From NCBI GenBank assembly GCA_964016885.1, contig OZ024745.1, forward strand, positions 25,296,001-25,360,000: DNA of 64,000 bases. Direction: 5' to 3'. The notes beneath the pieces were generated by a model. It did no database searches and was not told the DNA's origin. It saw only the letters and a program-made list of their open reading frames with translations. The stretch comes from Eledone cirrhosa. Its lineage: Eukaryota. Both the position numbers and the translations under genes were made by a program. Below are positions 60,600 to 64,000 of this stretch, piece after piece (the first letter of the stretch is position 1; every line of letters begins with the position of its first letter).

Positions 60600-61392
60600 T
60601 GGGTTCCAGATCTAATATGGCTTCCAGACCTAATATGAGATCTAGGCCTAATATGAGATCTAGGCCTAATATGGGATCTAGGCCTAATATGAGATCTAGG
60701 CCTAATATCAGATGTAGGCCTAATATGAGATCTAGGCCTAATATGGGATCTAGGCATAATATGGGATCTAGGCCTAATATGAGATCTAGGCCTAATATGA
60801 GATCTAGGCCTAATATGGGATCTAGGCCTAATATGGGATCTAGGCCTAATATGAGATCTAGGCCTAATATGAGATCTAGGCCTAATATGAGATCTAGGCC
60901 TAATATGAGATCTAGGCCTAATATGGGATCTAGGCATAATATGGGATCTAGGCCTAATATGAGATCTAGGCCTAATATGGGATCTACGCCTAATATGAAA
61001 TCTAGGCCTAATATGAGATCTAGGCCTAATATGGGATCTAGAACTAATATGGGATCTAGGCCTAATATGAGATCTAGGCCTAATATGAGATCTAGGCCTA
61101 ATATGAGATCTAGGCCTAATATGGGATCTAGGCCTAATATGGGATCTAGGCCTAATATGAGATCTAGGCCTAATATGAGATCTAGGCCTAATATGGGATC
61201 TAAGCCTAATATGAGATCTAGGCCTAATATGAGATCTCGGCCTAATATGAGATCTAGGCCTAATATGAGATCTAGGTCTAATATGGGATCTAGGCCTAAT
61301 ATGAGATCTAAGCCTAATATGAGATCTAGGCCTAATATGAGATCTAGGCCTAATATGAGATCTAGGCCTAATATGGGATCTAGGCCTAATAT
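60600..61392. repeat. 18-bp minisatellite (about 44 copies)
   Basis: GCCTAATATG(A/G)GATCTAG. Confidence 0.97.
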
Positions 61393-62897
61393 CCTTTTCA
61401 AAACTTGAATTACTGAAAAACAAGATTAGAAAACATCATATATAACTAACTGCGTATCGACGAAACTCTGAAAGGTGCAAAATCCTATCTGGGTACTGTC
61501 GGGATGATACATACTACACCTGAAATGGGAAACACTGTGACTCCTTGAAGTCCCTCAACTAGTTTGAAGAGTAAGCATCAAACTATCTATAATCAGACAT
61601 ACGAGGGTGGGCCGAAAAATTCATAGGCTAATTATGCAAGAGTGATGCTAGAGCTGTGAAATCTTACATGCATTAATTTCAACTCTTCTTATTAATAACT
61701 GCATTGTTTCTTTCCAGCGACTATGTTGAAAAATAAATCTCATTTGACCATTCCTTGAGAGTGTGAAGGCGCATGGGTTAGTGGTTAGAGCATTGGGCTT
61801 GCAATCGAAAGGTTGTGAGTTCAATTCTCGGACCAGGTGATGTGTTGTTTCCTTGAGCAAGACACTTTATTTCAAGTTGCTCCAGTTTACTCAGCTGTAG
61901 AAATGAGATGATAGGACTGGGGTCCCTATCATTAAATTACCCAAGACACCTCAAACGAGATATACCTTGGAGGAGGCCAGCTAAACCTGCATAGGTGCGA
62001 GCTGTAACAACAACAGAGAAGGATAAGAATAGGGGACCCCTTCCTTCTGTTAGCTCCAGTGACAAAAAACTGCAACAGTGAGGACATCACAGCAAAAACA
62101 AAATAAAAAAAACAACAATAACAAGACAACAACAAAACTATAGCCACAATAGCAATACCATCTCCCCAACATCAACATCACTTTTCTACGAAAGAAACAA
62201 CAATGATTGACGGAGTATAAAAACAACACAAGGTGGGTGGTGGTGTCAGGAGATCATCTTAAAAACTTCGGTGGATAATAGACTTTTCATGAAAACGTCA
62301 TCAGACGTTCACATGACTGTAGGGCAAAAAATTCCACATGACGTGGGAAATTTCAGAATCATTCTCCTCGCCAAGAACACCTAACTGAGTGGGCTTTTCA
62401 GATCAGAAATAAGTGTCCTCTCTCACTTTTTCTCCACCCATCGTTATATAAATACAGGGCTGCTTTTTTTCCCTTTTTTATTTTTTAAAATTATTACTTG
62501 TCTCACTAACTTTCTTTGATTATCAACTGTAAGAAGTACTTGATACTTCCCCTAGTCTGTCATGGCTTACTAGCTCTATACGGACGTTGAAATTGATTAA
62601 ATAAATAAATGAATAAATAAGAGTCTGCCTGGAAGGAAGGTGAGTTGCTTAACGATCTCAGATAACGAGATACATATGTGGTAGTCAGCAGTATTTCCAA
62701 TAAGCGAGTACTCACGCCTTTTGACAATTACGAGGTATACGCATCTTTCTGTCGGCCTGGATCAAGCTGGATGGTAACATTTTTTCCAGAAAGAGATAAA
62801 GTATAACAAAGTAGTACAGATAGCAAACAATAAATTATGTAAAAGGCTGCTGGTTATCAGAGTAAAAGAGTCGATTAGAAATGATTATATATACTAT

Positions 62898-63010
<113 letters not shown>

Positions 63011-63022
63011 CATATATGATCA

Positions 63023-63112
<90 letters not shown>

Positions 63113-63314
63113 CGAAGGAAGAGTGGTAAGGAACCAGATGGACCATAACTCACCAGAGTACTCAATACTTAGGGTAATAGAGTGGGTAATAGGAAAATGT
63201 TCAAGACGGCAGAGCTCAAGCCGTTTCGACGGCTATTTGTGGACGGTATTTCTGAGTCCAGAAATAGCCGTCGAAACACGGCTTGAGCTCTGCTGTCGGG
63301 GTATTGAACATTTT

Positions 63315-63365
<51 letters not shown>

Positions 63366-63395
63366 GCATACACTCATACATACATATATATATAT

Positions 63396-63585
63396 ATAAT
63401 AACTAGAAATTGATTAACATATAAATATACATGAATAATCACAGGAGATCATTTTTGCTTGCGTGTAACCACGCATAGCTAGTATAGGTAATATATACTA
63501 GCTATGCGTGGTTACACGCAAGCAAAAATGATCTCCTGTGATTATTCACGTATATTTATATGTTAATCATTCTCTAGTTATTATA
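63396..63585. repeat. Near-perfect palindrome (arms about 90 bp) beside (TA)n
   Basis: ...GCGTGTAACCACGCATAGCTAGTATA-GGTAATA-TATACTAGCTATGCGTGGTTACACGC... Confidence 0.9.
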
Positions 63586-63712
63586 ATATGCTCAGATTTA
63601 TTTATCTTTGAGCTTAAATTCCCAGGATATATGGCGCATGCATTATGTCATGACACTCATGATTTCGATTTAGATTAAATTCATTTAATTCATTTATCTT
63701 AATTTTGGACTT

Positions 63713-63764
<52 letters not shown>

Positions 63765-63814
63765 AAAAAGAGATGAAATCGAAAATACAACTGGAGTCTT
63801 ATTTAAAAAAAAAA

Positions 63815-64000
63815 TATATATATTTATTTGGTTCTTTTACCGGTTTCGCAGTTCTTCTGCTTTTCAAAAGGTGAGTTGAGATGGAGGGTCTGTGGTTTTT
63901 CTTACATCATGTGAGAAAAACCACAGACCCTCCATCTCAACTCACCTTTTGAAAAGCAGAAGAACTGCGAAACCGGTAAAAGAACCAAATAAATATATAT
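63815..64000. mobile_element. Fold-back element with a U3-A8 HHR in each arm (+ copy at 63945-63982)
   Basis: TTGAAAA-GCAG-AAGAA-CTGC-GAAA-CCGG-TA; same family as 29105-29588. Confidence 0.85.

Noticed and set aside
59866-61423. Long N/S-rich and RPRSHI-repeat ORFs
   Set aside because: Products of trinucleotide, 36-bp and 18-bp repeats

Overview
AT-rich, microsatellite-saturated eukaryotic intergenic/intronic DNA. The tRNA-derived CORE/Meta-type SINEs and repeat density suggest a cephalopod (octopus-like) genome; this is an inference. No host protein-coding exon can be supported, and nearly all ORFs in the track are translations of simple repeats. Recognisable elements are a 5'-truncated, frameshifted R4/Dong-type LINE (RT + CCHC + restriction-like endonuclease), CRE- and RTE-like remnants, many SINEs, Tc1/mariner, Tigger and hAT MITEs, a Helitron-like element and several minisatellites. 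The main unexpected signal is a dense population of small non-coding elements carrying type I hammerhead ribozyme (HHR) motifs, read by eye. There are about 29 complete or near-complete motifs plus many 3' halves, from roughly ten unrelated sequence families. They sit mostly in (TA)n microsatellites, often as head-to-head inverted pairs. The clearest case is a near-identical 591-bp tandem array (3 units reversed + about 6.8 units forward) in which every unit has a U3-A8 variant HHR with a branched stem II and a palindromic stem III. This resembles a retrozyme or Penelope-like element (PLE) concatemer. An RTE-derived element next to (TATG)n may also begin with an HDV-like ribozyme.
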